Shown piece after piece: positions 38,299 to 48,642 of a DNA stretch of 64,000 nucleotides (the stretch's first letter is position 1; the number at the start of each line of letters is the position of its first letter). This stretch comes from a virus (Duplodnaviria; Caudoviricetes). The notes under the pieces were generated by a model that was not told where the DNA came from, made no database searches, and saw only the letters and a list, made by a program, of their open reading frames with translations. The stretch covers positions 171-64,170 of IMG/VR virus record IMGVR_UViG_3300042502_000300; one strand, written 5' to 3'. Position numbers and translations under genes: made by a program.

Positions 38299-39210
38299 TT
38301 AGACCAAACAGCTTTTCATTTCCTTTATCAGCTTATAGTAGTTGTAAGAGCATCGTTTATCATTGAGCTTAAGGTCAGCACCAAACGGAAACTTATGCAT
38401 GTAGTCAGCCTTATAGAACATCTCTTGCTTGTTGTTCTGCACTCCGGCATTATGAAAGAAGTATACATCATCCCACCGGCTGATCGGACAAGTGGCCCAG
38501 CAGAAGTCAAACTCCTTAATCACCTCGACATGCTTACCGAAATACCAAGCGTTCCATAGCTCGGCCCACATGCTTGCTGTCCATGACTGTATGCCGTATG
38601 GATCGCCTTCCTTTTTAACGTGCTGCATTTTAACCAAAAGCTTGTATAGCGCCTTAGCATCAAGCTCTACCTTCTTCCAATATATTGACGTTAGGTTCTT
38701 CATTAGCTTCTGAGCTCCTCCGCTGTTGTGTTTATTTGCCTTAACGATTTCTTTCTTTATGCCAACTTGGTTACACATAGCATCTAACACTTCCTCACCT
38801 TTACTCATTATATAATCATATCCTATATATGACACAGTATCAGAGAAATACCATGTGTCATCAGCCAAGTAAGGACTGAAGTCCATGTACTTTGTAAATA
38901 TAAAGTCAGCGTCGTGAAAAAAGAACGCATCATTCGATGGATGCAATTCAAAATGCTTCTTAAGTATATGTGCTTGAATAGCAGGAGGATAGTTGCATTT
39001 ACCTAAAGTATCCTCATAAAAATAAAAGTGGGCTACATCTGAATAGTTCTCCACAAGCTTCTGCCATGACTCAGGAATATCATCCTGATATCCTGCAATG
39101 ACATCAATATTTTTATATCCTAGCGATGTGAAGTTGTGGATATAAGCCTCAACCTGCCAAGCGTAATAGTCTAGCGCCGGTTGCGCTGAAATCATTCTAA
39201 GTGTCCTCAT
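38299..39210 (-). CDS. GT-A fold peptide O-glycosyltransferase-like protein (GT95/GT96-like)
   Basis: YYAWQ, NYPPAIQ, HDAD (DxD), SYIG, GGAQ, WTASMWA and FFHNAG motifs; ATG at 39210 overlaps the upstream TAA. Confidence 0.65.
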   Translation of the reverse strand: MRTLRMISAQPALDYYAWQVEAYIHNFTSLGYKNIDVIAGYQDDIPESWQKLVENYSDVAHFYFYEDTLGKCNYPPAIQAHILKKHFELHPSNDAFFFHDADFIFTKYMDFSPYLADDTWYFSDTVSYIGYDYIMSKGEEVLDAMCNQVGIKKEIVKANKHNSGGAQKLMKNLTSIYWKKVELDAKALYKLLVKMQHVKKEGDPYGIQSWTASMWAELWNAWYFGKHVEVIKEFDFCWATCPISRWDDVYFFHNAGVQNNKQEMFYKADYMHKFPFGADLKLNDKRCSYNYYKLIKEMKSCLV

Positions 39211-41861
39211 TAACAAGATATTGAACCACCGGTCCAATCACTGCCATCCCATTGGTATGCAATATTTGTAATAATCTGCAAGTACCAAGCTGCTGGAGCA
39301 GGATCGGATCCTAAAAGGTCAACAAATATACCATTTCCGGGAATTCCAATTGCACCATTGACATAAAAATTTTCAATATTTAATACAGTACATACGTTAG
39401 CGCTGCTAACATTACTTGACAATATCAATAATGTAAGCGGCGGTGCTGTCGTTGTAGTTGTTGTCGTCGTTGTAGTTGTTGTCGTTGTTGTACTAGTAGT
39501 TGTCGTTGTTGTAGGAATAGATGACAAACACTCAAAACAACTTCCGTATGAATACCATATATATGCATCTGGGCTTGTTGGTGATAGAACTGAGTTTAAT
39601 GTACTACAAATACCATCATCATCTTTAACTACTGTGCCTAAAGGCAGTGCCTCAAATGATTGAAATGCTAATACTTTATAGGTAGCTGTTCCACAAATGA
39701 TTGACCTATAATAATATGTAGGTACAGTCGTAGTTGTACTAGTAGTTGTAGTAGTTGAGCAGTTATATATATCAAGTATTTGACCGGTATTTGCTATTAA
39801 TAGTGCATATGTATTTGCTAGGTAAACAGCTTTAAACCACTTAAAATCACCATCAAATAATGTTGTACCTGCTAAGTCGTAGTAAACAAAACTGTTTACT
39901 GCCAAACTGTTGAAGTAAAATGTTGTCGTTGATCCAGTCTGACTACATGCATTTCTATATGATACCTGAGGATCTAAATCTAAAAGAAACGCTATCAATG
40001 GAGCGACCGTTGTAGTTGTAGTTGTCGTCGTTGTAGTCGTTGTACCACTACATGCCGTACAATCTCCGTATACAACTAATGGATTCTCAGTTAAAAAATA
40101 TGGATATGTAGCGGCAATTGAGTCGGTAATATACCAACAATTACCATCTTCAGTCTTAACAGTATCACTTATGGTAGCACCTCCAACGGTAGTATCTAAT
40201 AGTGTTACTTCAATTGTTGGATCTTGACAAGATGTAGCTGTAAAGTAATCACCTGCCGGTAACGTAGTTGTCGTAGTACTTGTAGTTGTCGTAGTGGCTC
40301 CCGGACAGCTGAATGCCTTCATCACCGTACCGTCTTGATCAATCTGAATAACGTCAGCTGAATTATCTAAGTAGAACCATTTCTCACCACCCATAAATGG
40401 TTTGGATAATTCAGGATCGTAGAATATAGTATCCTGAACAACAGGCACAGGCTGTGAACCAGTAAAGTATAATTGAGTATATGTTGGTATTACCGTGCAC
40501 GCATCTGAAGCTACCTCCTTAAATTGCTCTACATCTATAAGACAAGGTTGAGCATCTGAAGAGGATAAGACAACAATATCAATCAAAGTATTGTCAGACG
40601 TTCCAAAACAATTGGTAGCGGTAATTGTTAATCTATATGTACCGGTTGGAGCGTTATTAAATGAAACAACACCATCAGCAAATACAATACTACCTACAAA
40701 ATTATCTGAAACAATTTCCCATGATGTTGGATTATTTAATGCGTTTATCTCTTCAAATGTTTGAGAGTTTGATGTAACTGTTATTGTTCCCTCATAAATA
40801 AATGGAGGTGCATACTCATAACAATTACAACCTGCAACACTTATAACTAATCCATTTTCATCTGCCTCAATATATGTCTTGTTAGTTGGGCTAGGTACCG
40901 TGCAAGTGACAGTATCAATCATATGCAATGTTCCAGGATTCGAATACCGTTCACTACCATCTGATACGGTAAAAACAACATCATTTACCGTCGGCAAAGC
41001 ACCTGATCCGTTGTGGTATAATACGTCGGTTGGACATTGGCCACATACATCAGATGGTATACCATCAGCTGTATCTAAATAGAATGATGTTAGGTATGTA
41101 CTAATCTTATTTACAATCCATAGTGAATTAGTAAATGGTGATGATACAATAAGATTTGAAGTTGACTCAGAAGTATCTTTAAAGAATTCCAATGTCCCAA
41201 CACCATTGTTAACTAGTCCATTATATGGATAAACTAAACCAATTTCATCCTCAGGTATACCAGCCGCAATTAATGCATTATAATTTGCCAAGCTATTTAC
41301 ACCAACATATAAGGAGTCTCTTATAATTGTTCCATTCCACTCAACCTGAAATCTTGTAGGTTGATCAGGGTCCATTAAGTTGTAAGATATTCCAGCTCTT
41401 CCGATATCAGCACCTAACTCAAAGCCAATTTCTCTAGAATCAGTTTGTCCCAAGTAAGATACAACCGAATCCATTTTATCCTCATAGTCCCATAGTAAAT
41501 AAACGTATGTATAGTTATTTGGATTATTGAATACAAACGTTCCTTCAAACTCAGTACCGTTAAAATAGACAGGTATCTCAGTAGCTAAAGAAAGAATTAA
41601 TGTCTTATCTTCACCAGTATATTGAGTATCAGAAACTAAGTAATACAATTTATTGTTTAGTGTAGGAGCTAATTCTCTATAGTCTCCATAAATATCACCT
41701 GCCTTTACCGTTACAGTTGCCCCATTGTATGGTATGTAATCTACACCACCAACGCCTGAGGCTGTGTCAAATAAAGCTATTCCACTACTACTTAATATTG
41801 TATTTCCAATTGTATATTCACTGCTTCCAGTATATTCAAATGCTTGTTTCGTTTTACTCAT
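39210..41861 (-). CDS. Virion protein with four mucin-like poly-Thr tracts and Cys-rich modules
   Basis: Thr/Ser runs at about 39447-39512, 39726-39755, 40008-40043 and 40263-40295; an Ig-like segment and CxxC modules. Confidence 0.85.
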   Translation of the reverse strand: MSKTKQAFEYTGSSEYTIGNTILSSSGIALFDTASGVGGVDYIPYNGATVTVKAGDIYGDYRELAPTLNNKLYYLVSDTQYTGEDKTLILSLATEIPVYFNGTEFEGTFVFNNPNNYTYVYLLWDYEDKMDSVVSYLGQTDSREIGFELGADIGRAGISYNLMDPDQPTRFQVEWNGTIIRDSLYVGVNSLANYNALIAAGIPEDEIGLVYPYNGLVNNGVGTLEFFKDTSESTSNLIVSSPFTNSLWIVNKISTYLTSFYLDTADGIPSDVCGQCPTDVLYHNGSGALPTVNDVVFTVSDGSERYSNPGTLHMIDTVTCTVPSPTNKTYIEADENGLVISVAGCNCYEYAPPFIYEGTITVTSNSQTFEEINALNNPTSWEIVSDNFVGSIVFADGVVSFNNAPTGTYRLTITATNCFGTSDNTLIDIVVLSSSDAQPCLIDVEQFKEVASDACTVIPTYTQLYFTGSQPVPVVQDTIFYDPELSKPFMGGEKWFYLDNSADVIQIDQDGTVMKAFSCPGATTTTTSTTTTTLPAGDYFTATSCQDPTIEVTLLDTTVGGATISDTVKTEDGNCWYITDSIAATYPYFLTENPLVVYGDCTACSGTTTTTTTTTTTTVAPLIAFLLDLDPQVSYRNACSQTGSTTTFYFNSLAVNSFVYYDLAGTTLFDGDFKWFKAVYLANTYALLIANTGQILDIYNCSTTTTTSTTTTVPTYYYRSIICGTATYKVLAFQSFEALPLGTVVKDDDGICSTLNSVLSPTSPDAYIWYSYGSCFECLSSIPTTTTTTSTTTTTTTTTTTTTTTAPPLTLLILSSNVSSANVCTVLNIENFYVNGAIGIPGNGIFVDLLGSDPAPAAWYLQIITNIAYQWDGSDWTGGSISC

Positions 41862-41862
41862 T

Positions 41863-44800
41863 TTATTTCTCTTTATTAAAAGCAATTAGACCAATGTCAG
41901 TTAATTTACCACGTCCTTGAGTAAGAATAAACTCTAACTCTAGACCACAATATGTAACAACAAATTTAACGCTTCTAGACGATGCAGTCAAGTTATTCTG
42001 AACATTTGCATATATGTCTTGAGAGTTTGATCCTGACATACAATAAGGTGGAAGATTAACCCAGTCTGTCCCATCACCTATATTAACAAGTTCAACAGTC
42101 CAAGATGTAGTTGAATTGATATTAAACATGAAATAACTTTGCCCTAATGTTGTACCAGGAACTGTTCTAACTGCTGGTGTTATTGACGTTCTACATGAAT
42201 TTCTTTCTATATTATTACCCGAAATCATGTAAGTCTGATTATGTGGATCGTATCCACCTAGCTTCTGAGTATTAGGAGCAAGGCTAAAGAAGTCAATGAA
42301 GTAGTCACGCATACCATTTTCAGATATCTCAACAACATCGAATCCTGTCATCATTAATACCACACCTCTTCTAGCGTCAGCAAAGTAGTAATTATTAGAC
42401 CAAACCGCAAAACTCTCAGGATTGTCACTAATACCATATTCACTCTGACTAGCTATCTGCGTACCAAGTACTTCAGGTACTGAAGCGACTTGACTACCGC
42501 CAACAGCATCAACCAATAAATTTTTACCGTAGTAAACTGAGGTAATTTTATCTTGGTGTAATACCAATAAGTCAGTATCACGAGCGAACAGCTTTCTTAC
42601 CGGACCAAAAGACTTATCTAGGTTCTTGAAGTTAGCTAGAGATAAATTAAATTCGTTCAATCGGTTGATTGATGAATCACCTCTATATAAACCACTATAC
42701 GTTAGAGAAGCATACTTGTGTTCCTCTTCATAATCCTCAATAATAGTACTAGCTCTTAAACTATAATCCATTCTAGGTGCATTGTAATCGTCTAGAATTC
42801 TATATGACTCAAGGCCATTACCATATGCAAAAGCATTGTAGTCACTATTCTTAAAGTTAGAGTTATTAATATTTAATTGAGCAGGATTTAACCCAGCCCC
42901 TTGATCTTGATCAGTATCATTAAAACCTATAGCTCCAGATTCAACGGTTCCTGGAAAAGCAAAGTCAATTATAACAGTATATCTATCAGGTGTATCTAAC
43001 ACTTCATAGAAGCCAATAGGTATATTATTTGCTCTAATATAAACCATGTCACCTACGCTAAAATAATGAGGGAATTTATGATCTATATTAGATAATCTTG
43101 TACCTAATGTATCTGATATTGATATATCATAATGCCAAAGTACAATATGTTTACCGCTCTCAATAGGATAGGTATGGCTTAATTCATGAAAGATATCAAG
43201 ATCACTTTCTCTTGGAACAGTCTCAGCGATTAATTGTTTATTTGATGGAGTTTGTGTAACTTTAATTTCAGCTTGAATTAAGTTTAGACTACTTCCTTTG
43301 TTTTTACCAAAGCCTCTTATAAGCATCCATTTAAGCGGATTGTTAGGCTCAACTTTAATAACATTAGTCCCTGCATTAAAAACAGAAGTTTTATTAGACC
43401 CATTTCTAAATGTAACAGCGGCAGACCCTATATTTGAGTTAGATTGATTATATTGTATAAATGTTTGATATGCACCTGACATCCAAAACCATTCCTCAAT
43501 ATCTCTATAATAATTAGTAGAAGTCCAAGACATACTACTTGCTTTTTGACCAGGAGCATTTACAGCCGGACCGTCATTTAAAATATTTATAGATATAACA
43601 GCACCAGGGAATATAGATCCAGGAACTAGTAGAGCAGAATGACCCCCATAATAACTAGGATTCCAAGATGCTAAATAATTACCATTTGGATTATATGTTG
43701 AATAATATGGAGCAGTTGGAAGTCCATTAAATCCAGATGGTTGACTAGGCGTTCCATTTAAACTTACTACACCTCTTACGTTAAAAACAAATTTATCTCC
43801 AACGCTATAGCCAGATGATGCGCTAAACAATATAAATAATTGAGTAGATACAGATGATATTTGAATTGTAGATGTTGTTATTTGTACAGGAGCGCTCCAA
43901 GTAGGATTTATTGGATCTACACTATTTGTCCATTTAAAAGTAGTTCCACCTGGTAGTATTTCTATAGTTATTCGAGAATCTCCAGATGATGTAGATAGGG
44001 TATTATTAACGGTAATTGTAGGACCCGTATTCTGTAATGTATTGTCGCCTGTAGATGAATAATAAACAGGCCCTGATACATAAAAAATATTACCCTGTAC
44101 AACAGCAGGTGTAGGAATTCCACTAGAATTATTTTTTGGCCCTTTACCACTACCTAACCAATTGTAAGTATTTTGTACTTGAGAACTTAAGAAAGTATCA
44201 TTAGCAGAGGCTTTTATTTTAAAATATAAACCTTCTACAGCATTTGTTAAGAAATTTGCTTGTTTATATTCAAGTTCAAGAACCTTAAACTGCTTATTTG
44301 AATGAGTAGGTCCATTATCAAATGTCTTGAATATAATATAGTCATTAACTACAACCTTATCACGATCAGCTTCATTTATTAAGAAATACCTATAGTTACC
44401 TTCTTTTATAAATGTTCTTGGAAAGATATTATAATAATCACCCCTTGCTTGTTTAACAAATATTCGATAATTAGTTGCCCAACATGGGGCAGGGCTATTT
44501 ATAGTCATTACTAAGCTATTTGCTTGATCAGAAACAGCAGGCGGTATATATACACTACTAGATTTATCATTTATATCGTTAGTATTACTTGAAGTAAGTA
44601 CTGTAGTCATGCGTCCATAATCATCAGCATAAGCAATGCCAAGTTCATAGTCACGATCACTTCTAAATGTCTGTGCAGGTGTGCCTGATGTTATAGTTTC
44701 AGAGCTATAACCTACCTTATAGTTGATATTAATAAACTCATTATCACATGAAGTAATATCTCTAAACTGAGTATAATTTCCATAGATTAATCGGTTACCA

Positions 44801-45801
44801 ACAATCTCTTGTGCCGAAGCCAATAATGGAACGTTATCGAATAAACGAGTCGTCTGATCAGCCGGTAGCGCTGCATACGTCTTGTTATTCATGAACGTAA
44901 AACCATAAGAGGCATTATTTGATATATTTAGTTCATCCTTATTGAATGAGTCTACAATTCGAACGTTTAATCCGCTTGTATCTCTTACAAGCAATTGAAT
45001 CTCTTTAACAAACTCATTCCCAGTCTCAAACTCTAAATTAATCTGATTGTAGATGTTTACCATCCCCTTATTTTCACCAGTCTCTACGTCAATAGAAAAT
45101 TGCTTAGGGTGAAAACATACGGCTGAGTATGGAGACATAGCGCTATACTCGTTATCAACATACTTAAATCGATAACTGAAGTATAAGAACTTCTGCTCAA
45201 TATTATTTGGCCTAAGGTCTACAGTGTTAGTATTTGATAATCTAATATAAGGAGCACTTAATGGCGGTCTAAGTACAACATTGATATCATCATCAATCTT
45301 AGGATCACTGATGTTATACGTCTTACATCTGCTGATATTTATACGTCTTGGTGGATTATAACCATCTGTCCAAAATAACAAACTACCATCATCGTTATAT
45401 ATGTAATTAACTCCGGTGATAATATATCGACCATTAAAGTTAAGTTGTCCGGTAGTACTACCTAATACTAATACAGTATCTCCTGTTAACTCGTTGTACT
45501 CAAATATACCATCAAAGTTATCTGATGTTACAAACCAATAGATTAAGTTCATAGCCTCATATGGTAGAGCTCCAATAACAATTGGGTTTGATATTGAACT
45601 CAGTCCACGAGCTTGAAGTATGGTATTTATATCGGCAATTTTTTCATTACCGTAAGGATTCTGAGCGGCTCCGATAGTTGATCCTTCAGATGTATTTACT
45701 GTAACGTTTACAGCATCCAAATACTCTCCATCACCAACAAGACGTTTGTCCACGTCTTTATTCATCCTACCGGATAAGAACTTTTTTTCTATTTCAGCCA
45801 T
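41863..45801 (-). CDS. Tail nozzle/stabilisation protein
   Basis: F.SGRMNKDVDKRLV..GEY.DA.N start, FSYRFKY.DNEYS, GNRLIYGNY, YGISDNPESF and GGYDP motifs. Confidence 0.85.
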   Translation of the reverse strand: MAEIEKKFLSGRMNKDVDKRLVGDGEYLDAVNVTVNTSEGSTIGAAQNPYGNEKIADINTILQARGLSSISNPIVIGALPYEAMNLIYWFVTSDNFDGIFEYNELTGDTVLVLGSTTGQLNFNGRYIITGVNYIYNDDGSLLFWTDGYNPPRRINISRCKTYNISDPKIDDDINVVLRPPLSAPYIRLSNTNTVDLRPNNIEQKFLYFSYRFKYVDNEYSAMSPYSAVCFHPKQFSIDVETGENKGMVNIYNQINLEFETGNEFVKEIQLLVRDTSGLNVRIVDSFNKDELNISNNASYGFTFMNNKTYAALPADQTTRLFDNVPLLASAQEIVGNRLIYGNYTQFRDITSCDNEFININYKVGYSSETITSGTPAQTFRSDRDYELGIAYADDYGRMTTVLTSSNTNDINDKSSSVYIPPAVSDQANSLVMTINSPAPCWATNYRIFVKQARGDYYNIFPRTFIKEGNYRYFLINEADRDKVVVNDYIIFKTFDNGPTHSNKQFKVLELEYKQANFLTNAVEGLYFKIKASANDTFLSSQVQNTYNWLGSGKGPKNNSSGIPTPAVVQGNIFYVSGPVYYSSTGDNTLQNTGPTITVNNTLSTSSGDSRITIEILPGGTTFKWTNSVDPINPTWSAPVQITTSTIQISSVSTQLFILFSASSGYSVGDKFVFNVRGVVSLNGTPSQPSGFNGLPTAPYYSTYNPNGNYLASWNPSYYGGHSALLVPGSIFPGAVISINILNDGPAVNAPGQKASSMSWTSTNYYRDIEEWFWMSGAYQTFIQYNQSNSNIGSAAVTFRNGSNKTSVFNAGTNVIKVEPNNPLKWMLIRGFGKNKGSSLNLIQAEIKVTQTPSNKQLIAETVPRESDLDIFHELSHTYPIESGKHIVLWHYDISISDTLGTRLSNIDHKFPHYFSVGDMVYIRANNIPIGFYEVLDTPDRYTVIIDFAFPGTVESGAIGFNDTDQDQGAGLNPAQLNINNSNFKNSDYNAFAYGNGLESYRILDDYNAPRMDYSLRASTIIEDYEEEHKYASLTYSGLYRGDSSINRLNEFNLSLANFKNLDKSFGPVRKLFARDTDLLVLHQDKITSVYYGKNLLVDAVGGSQVASVPEVLGTQIASQSEYGISDNPESFAVWSNNYYFADARRGVVLMMTGFDVVEISENGMRDYFIDFFSLAPNTQKLGGYDPHNQTYMISGNNIERNSCRTSITPAVRTVPGTTLGQSYFMFNINSTTSWTVELVNIGDGTDWVNLPPYCMSGSNSQDIYANVQNNLTASSRSVKFVVTYCGLELEFILTQGRGKLTDIGLIAFNKEK

Positions 45802-45803
45802 AG

Positions 45804-46712
45804 TTATTTAATCCATTTATCCTTGCCTCTAAGACTCATAAGAAGTCTAGCAGGATGTAGGTTACTTAATCTAATCTTTGTATTTCTAAGTGAAGCTGTC
45901 TTCTCTTTCTTAACTCTATTTACAATGTACTCTTGTACACCATATTTATTGCTTAACAATGCCCACTTAAGGTAGTTGTATATGTACTCCTCAGCTAACT
46001 TGTTTATAGTGATTAAGCTGTCATCTCCGTTCTCCATTCCGTCTGAAATGTATTCCAAAACGATGAATGAGTTTTTAACGCCTGATGAAAAGTCAATTAC
46101 ACCGGCTGCTTTGTTGATTGTGAACTTAGGGTTTGAGTTCGCGTAGGATGGGTCCATCCCAAAACGTCCACCAATGTTATAGCCAAAATACCAATTGCCA
46201 TCATAGTTCCATCCGTATGATCCGTTGTATGGGCCAGTACCGGTGTATAAGTGTTGCTCTTGGTTTAAAATGTCAAGTTTTGACTGACCTACAACTACAT
46301 TACCATTTGAGTCAAACACGATGTCACCTTGGTTGTCTTGTAGGTATGCAGTAGAAGACATCACTGATCTGTTTTCAGACAATTCTAATAGAACTCCTTG
46401 ACGAAGCATTGAGATCCTAACATAATTGATATAGTCAGGTGGCATAACCAACTTCAAGTTGTCACCCATCTCAAACTCAAGAACCTTAATGTTTCTTAAT
46501 GCATCATAGTTTAACTCTTGAATTGCTCTCTTGGCATGAAACAAGATTGTCCAGCGATCAACATTGTTAACTAACTTATCATTCCCTACATACATAAGGA
46601 TGAAGTTATTTATAATGTCAGCCAAGCTTACATACTGGTATGATCCCCAGTTTGCATCTTCAGGAACATTTCCATTATTTGTATAGTACTGATAATTACT
46701 AATGTAAGCCAT
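45804..46712 (-). CDS. Structural tail ring/adaptor protein
   Basis: FHAKRAIQELNYD...MPPDYINYVRIS...LEYISDG. Confidence 0.75.
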   Translation of the reverse strand: MAYISNYQYYTNNGNVPEDANWGSYQYVSLADIINNFILMYVGNDKLVNNVDRWTILFHAKRAIQELNYDALRNIKVLEFEMGDNLKLVMPPDYINYVRISMLRQGVLLELSENRSVMSSTAYLQDNQGDIVFDSNGNVVVGQSKLDILNQEQHLYTGTGPYNGSYGWNYDGNWYFGYNIGGRFGMDPSYANSNPKFTINKAAGVIDFSSGVKNSFIVLEYISDGMENGDDSLITINKLAEEYIYNYLKWALLSNKYGVQEYIVNRVKKEKTASLRNTKIRLSNLHPARLLMSLRGKDKWIK

Positions 46713-46715
46713 CTA

Positions 46716-47408
46716 TTATTGTTTTTGTTGTGCGTCTTGTACCTCTTCGCTTTTTGCAGCTTGTGCTACATCTGCTTCTCTAATCTGAACACCGGCATAG
46801 TATAAAATCTTTACAACCAAATTAGCAAAGTCACTGTTTGGTAGCTCAAAGTCTTTATATCCTGATGCAGATGCACTAAATACTGGCTCACCATTACCTA
46901 TAGTGTTATAAGTCCAATTTGGATCCTCTGGATATCTAATGTATTGAGCTGTAACATTACCTTGAATTGTTGTTGGATAAACAACTATACCATTATTTTC
47001 TAATGTATATACAGGATAAGAAACACTAGGCGCTGTAAGATTAGAACTCAATAAGTAGTTTATTTTTCTATGACTAACCTTCTCTATTTCCTTATTATTA
47101 AGATAAAGCAATTTATCTAAGAAGTAATAATCAGGTGGTGGTATGAAATATGGACTAGAGTAAGACAATGCAGTTTTCTCTGAAAAAGAGTCAATTACTT
47201 CACCTATGTTTTTTGGAATGTCGGTATATCCCTCTCCATGCATTCGAGCGTTCTGCTTATTGATCGCGTTGCTATACAAGAAGGTATAATTCTCAAATAT
47301 ATCTAACTGAGCTTGCTTGGCATATAGATTGAACTCCATAGGAGTCACATAGCCTCTATTCTCTTTGTTTAGTATGGATAAAACGATATTTCGAACATCA
47401 TTAATCAT
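46716..47408 (-). CDS. Structural tail tubular/adaptor protein
   Basis: V..ILNKENRGYVTP.EFN..A.QAQ...YIRYP.DP.W. Confidence 0.75.
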   Translation of the reverse strand: MINDVRNIVLSILNKENRGYVTPMEFNLYAKQAQLDIFENYTFLYSNAINKQNARMHGEGYTDIPKNIGEVIDSFSEKTALSYSSPYFIPPPDYYFLDKLLYLNNKEIEKVSHRKINYLLSSNLTAPSVSYPVYTLENNGIVVYPTTIQGNVTAQYIRYPEDPNWTYNTIGNGEPVFSASASGYKDFELPNSDFANLVVKILYYAGVQIREADVAQAAKSEEVQDAQQKQ

Positions 47409-47432
47409 GTGTCTGCTTTTTACAAAGATAAA

Positions 47433-47464
47433 TAAAAAAAGGCACTTCGATTAAAAAGTGCCTT
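47433..47464 (-). terminator. Intrinsic terminator
   Basis: AAGGCACTT/AAGTGCCTT hairpin with a U tract on the - strand. Confidence 0.7.
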
Positions 47465-47485
47465 CTCAGTAGTAGGTTGCTAATA

Positions 47486-47776
47486 TTAAGCAATAGTAAT
47501 ACCAGATACAGCAAAAGGAAGGTTATTCACTTCATATGCTACAGCCGTCCATGGTGTTTGCAATGCGCCAATAAGTGCATTTTGAATTGCATCACGCATT
47601 GTCTCATTTCCTGCAGGTGCTGTTGCGTGTGTAATTGTTACAACGTCAGTTGCTGTACTTGCTTTGTAGTGAACGTGAACAGTTGTTGTTGACTCTTGCT
47701 CAATTAAAACAATACCTGTTGCAGATAACAATTGATTTTGCTCATTTGTTACGGGGATACTTAAAAATTTTTCCAT
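47486..47776 (-). CDS. Small virion (possible capsid decoration) protein
   Basis: 96-aa ORF downstream of the MCP with an upstream TATATTTG box. Confidence 0.6.
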   Translation of the reverse strand: MEKFLSIPVTNEQNQLLSATGIVLIEQESTTTVHVHYKASTATDVVTITHATAPAGNETMRDAIQNALIGALQTPWTAVAYEVNNLPFAVSGITIA

Positions 47777-47813
47777 GTCTTAAAAATTAATGGGTTTATA
47801 AAGTACAAATATA

Positions 47814-48575
47814 CTAATTATTGGAAATCTTTTCTTCCAAGAACTTGTACAACTCTAATCCTTCATTAGACTGTAAGAATGAAGCCAACACATAGATATG
47901 GTCTTCTCCAAACGGAACAGTCAATAAACGCTTCTTATTATCTTTTAAGTTGTAGTATATGTCCTTGCCATTTCTGAATGTCAAGTATCCTTCTGAGATT
48001 GCTTTGAATGCAATATTGTTAATTGTCAATGATGGATCATCTAATGCTTCCATGAAGTCTTGAGGGTAACGCTTAGCAAATAACATCATATCACGTTTAA
48101 TCTCAGCTGAACTCATCTTGTCTACATTTCCATGTAATACCAATCGAGCGATGGCTTCTAATTTACCAAAGTCATTATTTGACAAATCACGAACTGCAAT
48201 TAATGCATCGATTTCTGATACCAATTCCTCAACATACTCTTGAGCATCTTTTTCAGAGTCAAATTCATAAAATTCATTTCCATTACCAGGGTGGTAATGT
48301 AAGAACTCTTGAAGCACTGGGTTTGTTCTTGGAACTGTTAAAACTCCATCTTCAAATACGATTGGTTCTAAGATTGCATTTGCATCTTGCTCATGTTCGA
48401 ATGGACTCTTTTGATTTCTTGCATATCTTAATGTAAAATTGACTCCTTCTTCTTCATCGAAGTAAAGTAATCTCTTTCGCTTTGTGTCGCGAGATAAGAT
48501 AAAATAAGTTAATGGGGCTGAATCACCTGTTAATAGATAGGTGCGATCTTTTGATTCTAGTTTTACTCTTTTCAT
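47814..48575 (-). CDS. Conserved structural-block protein
   Basis: LRYARNQKSPF..EQ...IVFEDG.L.V...LQEFL.YHP. Confidence 0.8.
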   Translation of the reverse strand: MKRVKLESKDRTYLLTGDSAPLTYFILSRDTKRKRLLYFDEEEGVNFTLRYARNQKSPFEHEQDANAILEPIVFEDGVLTVPRTNPVLQEFLHYHPGNGNEFYEFDSEKDAQEYVEELVSEIDALIAVRDLSNNDFGKLEAIARLVLHGNVDKMSSAEIKRDMMLFAKRYPQDFMEALDDPSLTINNIAFKAISEGYLTFRNGKDIYYNLKDNKKRLLTVPFGEDHIYVLASFLQSNEGLELYKFLEEKISNN

Positions 48576-48597
48576 TTGATATAATTTAATTTACAAT

Positions 48598-48630
48598 AAA
48601 AAATAGAGAGGGACACTGCTGCCCCTCTCT
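48598..48630 (-). terminator. Terminator after the major capsid gene
   Basis: AGAGAGGG/CCCTCTCT hairpin with a U tract on the - strand. Confidence 0.7.
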
Positions 48631-48642
48631 GATTTGTTCTTC

